Positions 20,755 through 30,266 of a stretch of 64,000 nucleotides of DNA are shown in pieces. The notes under the pieces are model-generated. The model did not search any database. It had not been told where the DNA came from and worked only from the letters and a program-made list of their open reading frames with translations. The position numbers were made by a program, and so were the translations under genes. Each line of letters begins with the position of its first letter. Within the stretch, counting starts at the first letter, position 1. This DNA comes from Sedimenticola sp. (lineage in GTDB: Bacteria > Pseudomonadota > Gammaproteobacteria > Chromatiales > Chromatiaceae), in assembly GCA_002869585.1 (NCBI GenBank), contig PKUO01000042.1, positions 1,261 to 65,260 on the forward strand, written 5' to 3'.

Positions 20755-21540
20755 TCAATCGTACTCTTTGTCTTTCCAGGTTCGGATGGCGGTAAACACC
20801 CCAGCGCCATCAAGGTGTTTTTTTCCGCTGTATTTTTCCGCGGCGGCAATTACCCCGGCCACCCAGGTACGTAGAAAGGGATTGGTTTTCAGCTCCAACT
20901 CCAGCAGCGAAGGGACGGTGGACCGCCCCTGGGCGCGCAGTTGCGCAATCGTCTCGGCGCGCGCCAGCACATCCGGGTTGTCCGGTTCCACCCAGCGGGC
21001 AAAGCCGATATTCGCCTGGGTATACTCGTGGGCGCAATAGACTTTGGTGTCGCCAGGCAGCTGGGCAAAGCGCTGCAGCGAATGGTGCAGTTGCTGGTGG
21101 GTGCCGCTGAACACCCGGCCACATCCTGCGGCAAACAGGGTATCACCACAGAACAGCACACCCTCAGTGTAGTAGGCGATGTGGCCTTCGGTATGTCCGG
21201 GAACCTCCATCACCGTGAATTCGACATCCAGGAATGGCAGCGTGAGCAGATCACCCTCTTTGAGCGGATGGGTGACCACCCTGATCGGCTCGTGGGCAGG
21301 GCCATAGACGGGCAGATCCGGAAACGCCTGTTTCAGCCCCTCCACCCCGCCGGTGTGATCCCCATGCTTATGGGTCAGCAGGATCGCCGCCAGATCGAGA
21401 CCCTGGGCGCGCAATACCTCCAGCACCGGATCTTCATCGCCGGGATCAACCACCGCCACTGCCGCAGCACCCGGTTTGCGCAGCAACCAGATATAATTAT
21501 CCTCAAATGCCGGGACAGGTGTGATCTCGAGCATCAGCAA
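20755..21540 (-). CDS. gloB: hydroxyacylglutathione hydrolase (glyoxalase II)
   Basis: Metallo-beta-lactamase motif THKHGDHTGG and typical GloB N-terminus (PAFEDNYIWLL). Confidence 0.88.
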   Translation of the reverse strand: MLMLEITPVPAFEDNYIWLLRKPGAAAVAVVDPGDEDPVLEVLRAQGLDLAAILLTHKHGDHTGGVEGLKQAFPDLPVYGPAHEPIRVVTHPLKEGDLLTLPFLDVEFTVMEVPGHTEGHIAYYTEGVLFCGDTLFAAGCGRVFSGTHQQLHHSLQRFAQLPGDTKVYCAHEYTQANIGFARWVEPDNPDVLARAETIAQLRAQGRSTVPSLLELELKTNPFLRTWVAGVIAAAEKYSGKKHLDGAGVFTAIRTWKDKEYD

Positions 21541-21550
21541 ACCCCTCGGA

Positions 21551-21976
21551 TTACTTTCCGTAAAGCGTTTCCGGATCGATCAGCGGCTCGCTCACCACTT
21601 CAACCCGGTCGCCCCTTACCGCATTATAGAAGCAAGTGCGCCGTCCGGTATGACAGGCCGGCCCGGTCTGATCGACCAGCAGCAGAATTGTGTCGCCGTC
21701 GCAATCAAAGCGCATGTCCTTGAGCATCTGTACCTGGCCGGAGGATTCACCCTTGCGCCAGAGCTTCTGGCGGGATCTCGACCAGAAGCATACCCGCCCG
21801 GTCCGCAGGGTCTCATCCAGCGATTCACGGTTCATCCAGGCCATCATCAGCACCTCGCCGGTGTCATGCTGCTGGGCAATCGCCGGCACCAGTCCATCCG
21901 CGTTGTAGGGCAGGCCATCCAGCACCTGTTGCAGTGGAAGCCCCTCCCCCATTTTGAGTTTTTCTGTCTGTTTCAT
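21551..21976 (-). CDS. hisI: phosphoribosyl-AMP cyclohydrolase (monofunctional)
   Basis: GLVPAIAQQHDTGEVLMMAWMNRESL, WSRSRQKLWRKGESSG and CDGDTILL motifs. Start chosen at ATG 21976 with GAGGG 7 nt upstream. Confidence 0.85.
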   Translation of the reverse strand: MKQTEKLKMGEGLPLQQVLDGLPYNADGLVPAIAQQHDTGEVLMMAWMNRESLDETLRTGRVCFWSRSRQKLWRKGESSGQVQMLKDMRFDCDGDTILLLVDQTGPACHTGRRTCFYNAVRGDRVEVVSEPLIDPETLYGK

Positions 21977-22115
21977 TCTCATCACCCTCAATGCCAACTC
22001 TTGGAATGATAACACCCTTTGCGCCTCAGCCCTGCGTAGCCGATCGCTTTTTGTCGGCGCTCTGGTGTTATACTCGTTGAGAGACATTGAGCCCACGAGA
22101 AGAAGGAGTACGGCA

Positions 22116-22535
22116 GTGTCGGAAATTTCCCATAAACTCAAGGAAGCGGGGCTGAAAATCACCCTGCCGCGGATCAAGATTCTCGAGATACTGGAGAACA
22201 ACCGCGGCCAGCACGTCAGTGCCGAGGACATCTATAGGATGTTGTTGGAGAGGGGCGAAGAGATCGGCGTGGCAACGATTTACCGGGTACTGACACAATG
22301 CGAGCAGGCGAGCCTGGTCAGCCGGTTGCAGTTCGAGGGCGGGCGCTCGGTATTTGAAATTGCCGAGGATGATCACCATGATCATATTGTCTGCGTGCGC
22401 TGTGGGCATGTGGAGGAGTTTCATGACAAGGTGATTGAGCGCCGCCAACAGGAAGTGGCCGCCGAAGCGGGTTTCGAAATGGAAGATCACAGCATGGTCC
22501 TCTACGGGCTTTGCCGAAAATGTAAGAAGCAGTGA
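22116..22535 (+). CDS. fur: ferric uptake regulator
   Basis: 139 aa with LKITLPRIKILEIL, HHDHIVC..CG and a terminal CRKC. GTG 22116 is preceded by AAGGAG. Confidence 0.93.
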   Translation: MSEISHKLKEAGLKITLPRIKILEILENNRGQHVSAEDIYRMLLERGEEIGVATIYRVLTQCEQASLVSRLQFEGGRSVFEIAEDDHHDHIVCVRCGHVEEFHDKVIERRQQEVAAEAGFEMEDHSMVLYGLCRKCKKQ

Positions 22536-22551
22536 GGACCAGAGCACAACC

Positions 22552-22878
22552 ATGCGCATATTCAGAATCTCGTTCGTCAACCATGGTAAGATCTACCAGC
22601 TCTATGCCGAGAGTATTCGCCAAGCGGAGGTCTATGGTTTTGTCGAGATCGAAGGGCTGGTGTTTGGCGAATCATCAACCGTGGTAATCGACCCGGCTGA
22701 GGAGAAGCTGAAAAGCGAGTTCCACGGCGTCACCCGCACCATCGTGCCGATGCATGCGGTGATCCGTATTGACGAGGTCGAGAAACGCGGACCAAGCAAA
22801 ATTCTGGACATTGACCCTAACGCCAATGTCACCGCCTTCCCTGGCTCATTCTATTCCCCAAAAGGGTCTGACAAATAA
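22552..22878 (+). CDS. DUF1820-family protein
   Basis: MRIFRISFVNHGKIYQLYA...IPMHAVIRIDEVEKRG resembles DUF1820 proteins as I recall them. Confidence 0.7.
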   Translation: MRIFRISFVNHGKIYQLYAESIRQAEVYGFVEIEGLVFGESSTVVIDPAEEKLKSEFHGVTRTIVPMHAVIRIDEVEKRGPSKILDIDPNANVTAFPGSFYSPKGSDK

Positions 22879-22891
22879 CACGGCTGATACT

Positions 22892-23236
22892 ATGCATGAC
22901 CACCAAGCTATCCGCGAGCTGTTGCTCAAGCGTCGCGACGAACTGAACCGCCGAATTCATGAGATTACCCAGGATGTGCGCCATGCCGATGGACCCCTCT
23001 CCTCGGATTTTTCCGAGCAGGCGGTGGAGAGGGAACATGAAGAGGTCCTCGATGCCCTGGGAGAGGCCGGCCGTCGTGAACTCAGTCAGATCAACCGCAC
23101 CATCGCCCGGATCGATGCCGGCGAATACGGGATCTGCGCCGAATGCGGCATCGAGATCCCGGAAGCCCGTCTGAAGGTACTGCCCAACTCTGAGTACTGC
23201 GTGGCCTGTGCGGAAAAACTGGACAAACAGCACTGA
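22892..23236 (+). CDS. DksA/TraR-family C4 zinc-finger protein
   Basis: C-terminal CAECG..x17..CVAC finger preceded by a coiled-coil region. Confidence 0.8.
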   Translation: MHDHQAIRELLLKRRDELNRRIHEITQDVRHADGPLSSDFSEQAVEREHEEVLDALGEAGRRELSQINRTIARIDAGEYGICAECGIEIPEARLKVLPNSEYCVACAEKLDKQH

Positions 23237-23314
23237 AGATTGCGAATGATCATTGCCAGGAATCTGGCCTGAACCCGATGATCCGACTCTCGACACCATC
23301 TGCTGAGAGTCACC

Positions 23315-23890
23315 ATGAAGAATACACCCCTGGCCTGCCTGACACTGTTTCTTGCAGCACTCACCCTGGGCGCCTGCAGCAGCCCGGATGACCCGCTCAG
23401 CGGCGAGGATGGAGAGGTGCCGGCCCTGATCAACGCCGCAGAGTCGGGCGATCTGACCCAGGTCGCCGGGCTGCTGGATGCCCAGCAAAATGCCGATGTG
23501 CGCGATGCCTGTCACTGGACACCGCTGATGAAGGCCGCGCTCTATGGGCACACCGAGGTGGCCCGCAGGCTCCTGCAGGCAGGCGCTCAGACTGATCTGC
23601 AAGATAAGGGGGGTTACACCGCCCTGATGCTCGCCGCATCAAACAACCATCATCAGCTGGTGACACTGCTGCTGGAGTTCGGTGCCGAGGTAAACCGCAC
23701 CGAACAGACCAAGGGCTGGAGCGCCCTGATCTGGGCCGCCAAACAGGGGCATGTCGAGAGCGTGCAGGCCCTGTTGCAGGGTCAGGCTCGATCCGATATC
23801 AGGGACCTCGAGGGAAAAAGCGCACTCGACTGGGCACAGCAGAACAACCATCCGGCGGTAGTTGCCCTGCTCTCCGGCAATCAGGGATAG
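23315..23890 (+). CDS. ankyrin-repeat lipoprotein
   Basis: Lipobox LTLGAC after a signal peptide, followed by about four ANK repeats (TPLMKAALYGHTEVARRLLQAGA; TALMLAASNNHHQLVTLLLEFGA; SALIWAAKQGHVESVQALL; SALDWAQQNNH). Confidence 0.8.
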   Translation: MKNTPLACLTLFLAALTLGACSSPDDPLSGEDGEVPALINAAESGDLTQVAGLLDAQQNADVRDACHWTPLMKAALYGHTEVARRLLQAGAQTDLQDKGGYTALMLAASNNHHQLVTLLLEFGAEVNRTEQTKGWSALIWAAKQGHVESVQALLQGQARSDIRDLEGKSALDWAQQNNHPAVVALLSGNQG

Positions 23891-24043
23891 ACCCTTCGGC
23901 GCAATACCTCATAGTATCTTGATTGAATTGCAGCTTTTTACTTGACACAGGTCATCCCGGAACCACACTTCTATTCATAATATTAGTCAGAGCGAATATC
24001 TTAATGCTGTGACCCTCATCCAAGCTGCTGGGAGACATCTAAC

Positions 24044-24502
24044 ATGGGAAAAATCACCAACGATCAGGAACTACGCCTGGCACTCGATACCCTGACCACC
24101 GATCAACAACGTGCTCTAGGCGCCCTGTTCGCCCAAAGTGTTGCCGCACTCGGCAACAACCCCAGACTGAACAAGAACCTGGATATGGCCATGGCAGCGG
24201 ATGCGACCGAACACGACCGGGAAGATGCCTACCGAACGGCCAAGTCGATTGCAGTAAAGACCTATACCGCTTGCGGCCGGGATGCCGACTGGAGCGCCCA
24301 GGCGGAACATTTTGTCGCCGCCGCTTGCGCAGCTGCGCTTACCCCTGACGCCCTGATCACCGAAAAACAGAATCTCGCCTGGAAGGCGGCGATCCAGGCG
24401 CGCATGGCGCAAAACTGCATGATGATCGAAAACAGCGAGGGTGATGTGGAAAACGAGGCAGTGAAGCAGTACGAAATTACGGAAAAATACCTTTCTGCCT
24501 AA
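24044..24502 (+). CDS. hypothetical protein (152 aa, Ala-rich helical)
   Basis: Clean ATG ORF with no overlap. No family recognised. Confidence 0.5.
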   Translation: MGKITNDQELRLALDTLTTDQQRALGALFAQSVAALGNNPRLNKNLDMAMAADATEHDREDAYRTAKSIAVKTYTACGRDADWSAQAEHFVAAACAAALTPDALITEKQNLAWKAAIQARMAQNCMMIENSEGDVENEAVKQYEITEKYLSA

Positions 24503-24651
24503 CAGGTTACAATCCGGGCCGGACGCCACCGAACGGTTGTCAGGCCCGGGGTTAATGCCCTTTTCCACCGAATACCCCAAGTATTGCCTTTTTATTCTCC
24601 GGGTCAGGCAAATTAGTATGCACGGATACTAACCGACCCGAGGTCTGTGTG

Positions 24652-24960
24652 ATGATACGAGAACAGATTGAACAGCTATTGCGTGAAACCCTCACCCCGA
24701 TGCATCTTGAGGTAATCAACGAAAGTCACATGCACAATGTCCCGGAGGGCTCAGAGTCCCACTTCAAAGTGGTGATCGTCAGCAACAACTTCGAAGGTAA
24801 AGGGCTGGTGGCCCGTCACCGCGAGGTGAACAAACTCCTCGCAGACCATTTTCAGCAGGGGCTGCATGCCCTGGCGTTGCATACCATGACCCCTGAAGAG
24901 TGGTTTGCCAAGGGCGGCACTGCCCCCGAGTCACCCCAGTGCATGGGCGGCGGCAAGTAA
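24652..24960 (+). CDS. BolA-family protein
   Basis: ESHMHNVPEGSESHFKVVIVS..F.GK..V.RHR.V pattern typical of BolA. Confidence 0.85.
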   Translation: MIREQIEQLLRETLTPMHLEVINESHMHNVPEGSESHFKVVIVSNNFEGKGLVARHREVNKLLADHFQQGLHALALHTMTPEEWFAKGGTAPESPQCMGGGK

Positions 24961-24975
24961 CAGGAAGATGAACAT

Positions 24976-25329
24976 ATGAGTTTCTGGGATCAAATCGGCG
25001 GCATCACCGGCAAAAGCGACGGGGCAGAACCCCGTACCCCTGAAGAGCAACAGGCGGTAGATGCCGAATGCCGCCGGTTATCGCTCTACTATTACGCGGC
25101 CTGCCCGTTCTGCGCACGGGTGCGCAACGCCATCAGGCGCATGGGCCTGACCATCGAAGAGCGCAACACCCACCACTCACAGGCCTACGGCGATGAGCTG
25201 ATCCACGGCGGCGGCATGTCGCAAGTGCCCTGCCTGAGAATCGACCATGAAGATGGCACGACACAGTGGATGTACGAGTCGAACGACATCATCAACTACC
25301 TGAGAGAGCGCTTCCAGCCCCAGGGCTAG
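24976..25329 (+). CDS. glutaredoxin-family protein
   Basis: CPFC active site in a thioredoxin-fold context (LYYYAACPFCARV ... VPCL). Adjacent to bolA, a common pairing. Confidence 0.75.
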   Translation: MSFWDQIGGITGKSDGAEPRTPEEQQAVDAECRRLSLYYYAACPFCARVRNAIRRMGLTIEERNTHHSQAYGDELIHGGGMSQVPCLRIDHEDGTTQWMYESNDIINYLRERFQPQG

Positions 25330-25492
25330 GCCAAGGTGTGCGACGCAGCATTTTTACGTCAAATTCAAGCGCTTGCATGAACCATCGATATTCCATATTG
25401 TAACCAGTGAAATCACATTCGATTTCACCCAACAGACAGGCCAGTAAGAAAGCAAAGAGAAGCCTGCGGGGTTACCACGAAAGGAGGAATCG

Positions 25493-25858
25493 ATGTCTGT
25501 TTGTTCCAGAATCAAGGGCTTTACCCGCCATCACGAACACATTGCCGATCTGTTTTCACTGCTGGCCGTCGTGCTGCTGTTTGCCAGCATCTGGTTTGCG
25601 ATAGATTACCAGGGCGTCATTTTTCACTGGATGAAGGAAAACGTGATTATCAACGGCTCCCTGATGATTCTGGCCATCGTCGTTGTCGTCTTTATGATCT
25701 TCGCACTGCTCAATATCGGCTCGGCCCGCTTCAGCGAAGGGGATACAGACGCCTGTTTCGGCACCTTCAAGGGCCGCAGGCACGGCGGCACATCAATCGG
25801 CTCGGCGCTGAAAAACTGGGTCAACCACATCGAGCATGTGAACAAAAAGCACCGTTAG
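25493..25858 (+). CDS. hypothetical membrane protein (2 TM)
   Basis: AGGAGG RBS, two hydrophobic helices and a basic C-terminus. Confidence 0.5.
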   Translation: MSVCSRIKGFTRHHEHIADLFSLLAVVLLFASIWFAIDYQGVIFHWMKENVIINGSLMILAIVVVVFMIFALLNIGSARFSEGDTDACFGTFKGRRHGGTSIGSALKNWVNHIEHVNKKHR

Positions 25859-25883
25859 CCGAAGCCTGCAGACTACTGTCAGA

Positions 25884-26240
25884 TTGAAGCCAGAAATCAG
25901 CAACCTGTTACGCGATCTCCCGCCACTGGCGGGTGAAGAGATATTTGAGATCCTGCTGAGCTGCCGGAATCTTAAAATTGAACGCATTTCCAGTCCCGCC
26001 AACACCCGCTCTGAGTTGTTCATCCAGGAGCAGGACGAGTGGGTGGCGCTCCTTCAGGGCGAAGCAGAAATGCGCGTAGACCATTCGACTGTACACCTGC
26101 AGGCCGGCGATTTCCTGAGCATACCGGCGCAGACGCCCCACCAGGTGCTCACCACCTCAAGCGAGCCGCTCTGTGTCTGGCTGGCCATCCACCTCTTTCC
26201 CGCTGGGCTGGATCGCCGTCAATCCAATCAGCCAAGCTGA
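25884..26240 (+). CDS. cupin-domain protein
   Basis: EIFEILLSCRNLKIERISS ... GDFLSIPAQTPHQV pattern of small cupins. Apparent TTG start. Confidence 0.6.
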   Translation: MKPEISNLLRDLPPLAGEEIFEILLSCRNLKIERISSPANTRSELFIQEQDEWVALLQGEAEMRVDHSTVHLQAGDFLSIPAQTPHQVLTTSSEPLCVWLAIHLFPAGLDRRQSNQPS

Positions 26241-27163
26241 CCCTGACAAACACCACTCTCGATCAATTGCTGTTCGATGTAGTTTGACGGGCGCAGCTTC
26301 TCCCGGGTCCAGGCCGGCGCTATCAGCTCATCCCAGCGGCTGGCAACCGCGGCCAGACGCTGCACCGCGATATGCGGCGACAAATGCTGCAGGAACAGCA
26401 CCACCCGCCGGCTGTATTCTTCCAGCTCCAGCGGCTGAAACTCACCCTGTCGATAGAGGCTCTCCAAAGGGGTGTTCTTCAGCACATGCAGGTTGTGCAG
26501 CTTGACGTTGGATACCGGAAGACTGTTGACCATCCGCGCCGCCTCGATGATCTGCGCCTCGCTCTCCCCGGGCAGACCGCACATCAGATGGACGCCGATA
26601 TCCACCCCGGTCTCCTGATGTAACCGCTCGATCGCACGGACCGAGCAGGCAGCGTCATGCCCACGCTGCAGGAACAACAACTGATCGTCATTGAAGCTCT
26701 GCACCCCCAGTTCGACCATCACATAATCCCGCTCATGGGTCTCCCGCAGCAACGGCATCACTCTTGCCGGCAGGCAATCGGGACGGGTTCCGACCACCAA
26801 CCCGCACACACCCTCCTGGGCCAGAGCGATGTCGAAGCGTTCCTGCAACCGGGCAACCCGATCAAAGGTGTTGGTGTAGGACTGAAAATAGACCAGAAAC
26901 CTGTTGGCCCGGTAGCGCCTGGCAATCCTGTCACGATTGACGCGTATCTGGGTTTCCAGATCCCGGTCGCGTTCCAGATGATAGGCCGCCGAGCCCCACT
27001 CATCACAAAAGACGCAGGGCAGGAGCTTACCGTTCGGCTGCCGGTTGGGACAGCTCTCAGCGATGCTCACCGAGACCTTGTAGACCTTCTCCCCGAAACG
27101 CTCGCGATAATACCGGCTGATCGGGTAATAGCAGGCGGAGGGGGGTGACATGGGAAGGACCAT
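26228..27163 (-). CDS. yhcC: TIGR01212/YhcC-family radical SAM protein
   Basis: N-terminal KVYKVSVSIAESCPNR...CVFCDEWGS cluster motif. Length 311 aa. Confidence 0.85.
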   Translation of the reverse strand: MVLPMSPPSACYYPISRYYRERFGEKVYKVSVSIAESCPNRQPNGKLLPCVFCDEWGSAAYHLERDRDLETQIRVNRDRIARRYRANRFLVYFQSYTNTFDRVARLQERFDIALAQEGVCGLVVGTRPDCLPARVMPLLRETHERDYVMVELGVQSFNDDQLLFLQRGHDAACSVRAIERLHQETGVDIGVHLMCGLPGESEAQIIEAARMVNSLPVSNVKLHNLHVLKNTPLESLYRQGEFQPLELEEYSRRVVLFLQHLSPHIAVQRLAAVASRWDELIAPAWTREKLRPSNYIEQQLIESGVCQGQLG

Positions 27164-27366
27164 CAGCCCCTGAGGCTGCTGAAGTCTGTCCCTGGGTTCA
27201 AGCCGTAGTGCTGGTCGAGGGACAACTCACGGATCAGCCTGTCGACCGCCGACTGACCATGCTCGATCTGCACTTCGCTGAGAATCATGCGAACCGCGTT
27301 GCGGTTATAGCCGCTGGAAAACTGCAGCTGCACCTGGATCAACTCCCGGGCCCGATCCAATGTCAT
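27163..27366 (-). CDS. small hypothetical protein (67 aa) coupled to yhcC
   Basis: ATG 27366 with a GGAGG RBS. Its stop overlaps the yhcC start by 1 nt. Confidence 0.45.
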   Translation of the reverse strand: MTLDRARELIQVQLQFSSGYNRNAVRMILSEVQIEHGQSAVDRLIRELSLDQHYGLNPGTDFSSLRG

Positions 27367-27378
27367 AGTCACCTCCCA

Positions 27379-27415
27379 TAAAAAATGCCAGGGCCATACA
27401 CGACGGACCCTGGCA
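27379..27415 (-). terminator. rho-independent terminator of pckA
   Basis: On the minus strand, TGCCAGGGTCC..loop..GGCCCTGGCA is followed by TTTTTTAT. Confidence 0.65.
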
Positions 27416-27476
27416 CAGACCTTAGCCTGTCTCCCCGCGCCGGGCAAGCCGGCCGATTGTCAGGCGCTCGCCCTGC

Positions 27477-29078
27477 TCAGAGCTGCGGACCCGAGTCTTT
27501 CACCTCATCGGACACCAGCGCCTCGAACTCCTTGAAATTCTCCTGGAACAGCCGTGCCAGACCCTCTGCCTGCTGACGATAGGCGGCCTTGTCCTCCCAG
27601 GTGTTTTCCGGGCGCAACACCTCGCTGGGCACCCCGGGGCAGCTTTCCGGCACCATCACCCTGAAGATCGGGTCTTCGGTCATCGCGACGCCGTTCAGGG
27701 CGCCGGAGAGCGCCGCATCCAGCATAGCCCGGGTGTGGTTGATGTCCATGCGTCTACCGACACCATAAGGACCGCCAGTCCAGCCGGTATTGATCAGCCA
27801 GCAATCGGCGGCATGCTCCTGCATCTTTTGCATCAGCAGGTTACCGTAGACGCTGGGGTGCAGTGACATGAACGGCGCTCCGAAGCAGGTACTGAAGGTG
27901 GCGCGTGGCTCGGTCACGCCGGTCTCGGTGCCCGCCACCTTGGCGGTGTAGCCGGACAGGAAGTGGTACATCGCCTGGGCAGGCGTCAGCTTGGCGACCG
28001 GCGGCAACACCCCGAAGGCGTCGGCGGTCAACATCACGATATTCTTGGGATGCCCACCGATACCCGGGTACATCGCGTTGGGGATGTGAGTGATCGGATA
28101 GGCCGCACGGGTGTTCTCGGTGAGTCGGTCATCATCCAGATCGAGCTTGCGATGCCGGAAGTCCATGCCGACGTTTTCCAGAATGGTGCCAAACCGGCGG
28201 GTGGTCGCGTAGATCAGCGGCTCACGCGCCTTGTCGAGGCGGATCACCTTGGCGTAACAGCCCCCTTCCAGGTTGAAGATACCCGAATCACCCCAGCCAT
28301 GCTCGTCGTCGCCGATCAGTTGCCGATCCGGGTCCGCCGACAGGGTGGTCTTGCCGGTGCCGGAGAGGCCAAAAAAGACCGCCGTGTCGCCCTCGTCGCT
28401 GACATTGGCCGAGGCATGCATGGAGAGAACACCCTGTTGCGGCAGCATGTAGTTCATCACTGAAAAGATCGATTTCTTGATCTCGCCGGCATACTGGGTC
28501 CCGCCGATCAGCACCAGCCGCCGCCCGAAGTGGACGATGATAAAGGCCTCGGAGTTGGTGCCGTCGACCGCAGGCTGGGCATGGAAATGGGGTGCCTGCA
28601 AGACGGTGAACTGGGGCTCGTCGACGCCGATCTTGCGGTTGAAATTTTCCGGACGGATGAACATATTGCGGGCGAACAGGGAGTGCCAGGCCTTCTGGGT
28701 TATCACCCGGATCGGCATTTCGTACCGGGTATCCGCGCCCACCAGCAGATCCTGGACGAACAGCCCCTGCCCTTCGAGAAAATTGCAGACCTTCTTCAGC
28801 AGCTTGTCGAAATTCTCCTCAGAGAAGGGCCGGTTGACCTTGCCCCACCAGATCTTGTCGCGGCTGCCCGGCTCATCGACCACGAATTTGTCGTTCGGCG
28901 CACGGCCGGTAAAGCTGCCGGTACGGGTGACCAGTGGCCCGTGGTGGGCGAGGAACGCTTCACGCCGGCGAATCGAGGATTCATACAGCTGGGCCGTGGA
29001 GAGATTCCAGCGGATCGTATCCAGGTTCCTCAGGCCAATGCGTTTTTCCAGAACATCTTCCAGGGCTTCGATACCCAT
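27477..29078 (-). CDS. pckA: phosphoenolpyruvate carboxykinase (ATP)
   Basis: 533 aa with kinase-1a loop GLSGTGKTTLS and conserved PckA blocks. Confidence 0.95.
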   Translation of the reverse strand: MGIEALEDVLEKRIGLRNLDTIRWNLSTAQLYESSIRRREAFLAHHGPLVTRTGSFTGRAPNDKFVVDEPGSRDKIWWGKVNRPFSEENFDKLLKKVCNFLEGQGLFVQDLLVGADTRYEMPIRVITQKAWHSLFARNMFIRPENFNRKIGVDEPQFTVLQAPHFHAQPAVDGTNSEAFIIVHFGRRLVLIGGTQYAGEIKKSIFSVMNYMLPQQGVLSMHASANVSDEGDTAVFFGLSGTGKTTLSADPDRQLIGDDEHGWGDSGIFNLEGGCYAKVIRLDKAREPLIYATTRRFGTILENVGMDFRHRKLDLDDDRLTENTRAAYPITHIPNAMYPGIGGHPKNIVMLTADAFGVLPPVAKLTPAQAMYHFLSGYTAKVAGTETGVTEPRATFSTCFGAPFMSLHPSVYGNLLMQKMQEHAADCWLINTGWTGGPYGVGRRMDINHTRAMLDAALSGALNGVAMTEDPIFRVMVPESCPGVPSEVLRPENTWEDKAAYRQQAEGLARLFQENFKEFEALVSDEVKDSGPQL

Positions 29079-29129
29079 CTAACTCTCCCGGTCATGAAAT
29101 CAAGTAGGATTTGAAAAAATTGCCCAGGC

Positions 29130-29164
29130 AAAATAGAAAATGGAAATGCCGAACCGGCATTCCC
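29130..29164 (-). terminator. putative terminator after the deacetylase gene
   Basis: On the minus strand, AATGCCG-GTT-CGGCATT is followed by a T-rich run (CCATTTTCTATTTTG). Confidence 0.5.
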
Positions 29165-29258
29165 ATTTGCTATGAAGGCATTGGACAGATCAGCTGCACT
29201 TCAGATTCAGGGGTAATTATATACCCCTATAAATAATTTTAAAGGGCTATCTGACTGC

Positions 29259-30185
29259 TCAACGGTGACCCAGCAAGGCATCCAGGTGCGCCATCACGCT
29301 TCTGGCCAGGGCCCCAAGCACATACCCCCCTTCAAGCGCCGAGATGATCCGCCCCTCTGCGTACTTGTCAGCGATATCCTTAAGCTGGGTGGTGACCCAG
29401 TCGTAATCGGACTCCCTGAGGCGCAACTGCCCCATGTCATCCTCGGCATGGGCATCAAAACCGGCTGAAATCATCACCAGTTGCGGTTGAAAATGCTTCA
29501 GGGCCGGAAGCCAATGGGCCTCCACCTGCTTGCGGAATTCCGCGCCATCGGCGCCCGCATGCAGCGGAATATTGATGACATGGTCGGTTTCTGTCTCGTG
29601 GCCGGTAAAGGGATAGAAGGGGTGCTGAAAGCTGGAACAGAACATCACCCGCGGATCTTCCTGAAAGATATCTTCAGTACCATTGCCGTGGTGCACGTCA
29701 AAATCGATGATCGCCACCCGGTCCAGCCCATACACCTCGAGGGCGTGGGCCGCCCCGACGGCGATGTTGTTGAAATAGCAGAAACCCATGGCGCGATGCC
29801 GCTCGGCGTGGTGGCCGGGCGGGCGCACAGCGCAGAATGCCGCCTTGCACTGCCCGGTCATCACCAGATCAACCGCATGCACCACCGCTCCGGCGGCGCG
29901 CAACGCGGCATCCAGGGTTTTCGGCATCATGAAGGTGTCGGAGTCGATACGAAAGATGCCTTCGTAAGGCGCCTCGGTAAAGATTCCGGTGACATAGTCG
30001 GGATCGTGCACACGCTCGAGATGTTCGCGTTTTGCGACCGGCGCGTCGATTTGTTGTACCGCCAGCTCCATGCCGGTGCTGATCAACTGATCCTGGATGG
30101 CGCGCAACCGCGAAGGGTGCTCGGGATGATCTTGACCAACGTCATGTAGCAGGCAATCTGGGTGTGAAATGTAGGCAATAGGCAC
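29259..30185 (-). CDS. histone-deacetylase-family Zn amidohydrolase (HDAC/AcuC/LdaA-like)
   Basis: RPPGHHA, DFDVHHGNGT and SAGFDAH motifs. Confidence 0.88.
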   Translation of the reverse strand: MPIAYISHPDCLLHDVGQDHPEHPSRLRAIQDQLISTGMELAVQQIDAPVAKREHLERVHDPDYVTGIFTEAPYEGIFRIDSDTFMMPKTLDAALRAAGAVVHAVDLVMTGQCKAAFCAVRPPGHHAERHRAMGFCYFNNIAVGAAHALEVYGLDRVAIIDFDVHHGNGTEDIFQEDPRVMFCSSFQHPFYPFTGHETETDHVINIPLHAGADGAEFRKQVEAHWLPALKHFQPQLVMISAGFDAHAEDDMGQLRLRESDYDWVTTQLKDIADKYAEGRIISALEGGYVLGALARSVMAHLDALLGHR

Positions 30186-30266
30186 AGCTTATACCCCAAA
30201 AAAAGAGTAAAATGATTCGCTATACAGCTACTTTATTCTTTTCGTTAATATCAGGCAAAAAAAACC

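Noticed and set aside
22004-22013. Fur-box-like GAATGATAAC upstream of fur
   Set aside because: It matches only half a site of the 19-bp consensus, which is too weak to call.
25501-25887. 128-aa Arg-rich ORF overlapping the 25493..25858 membrane-protein ORF
   Set aside because: It is an alternative frame of the same strand and lacks an RBS. The other frame has an AGGAGG RBS and clear TM helices.
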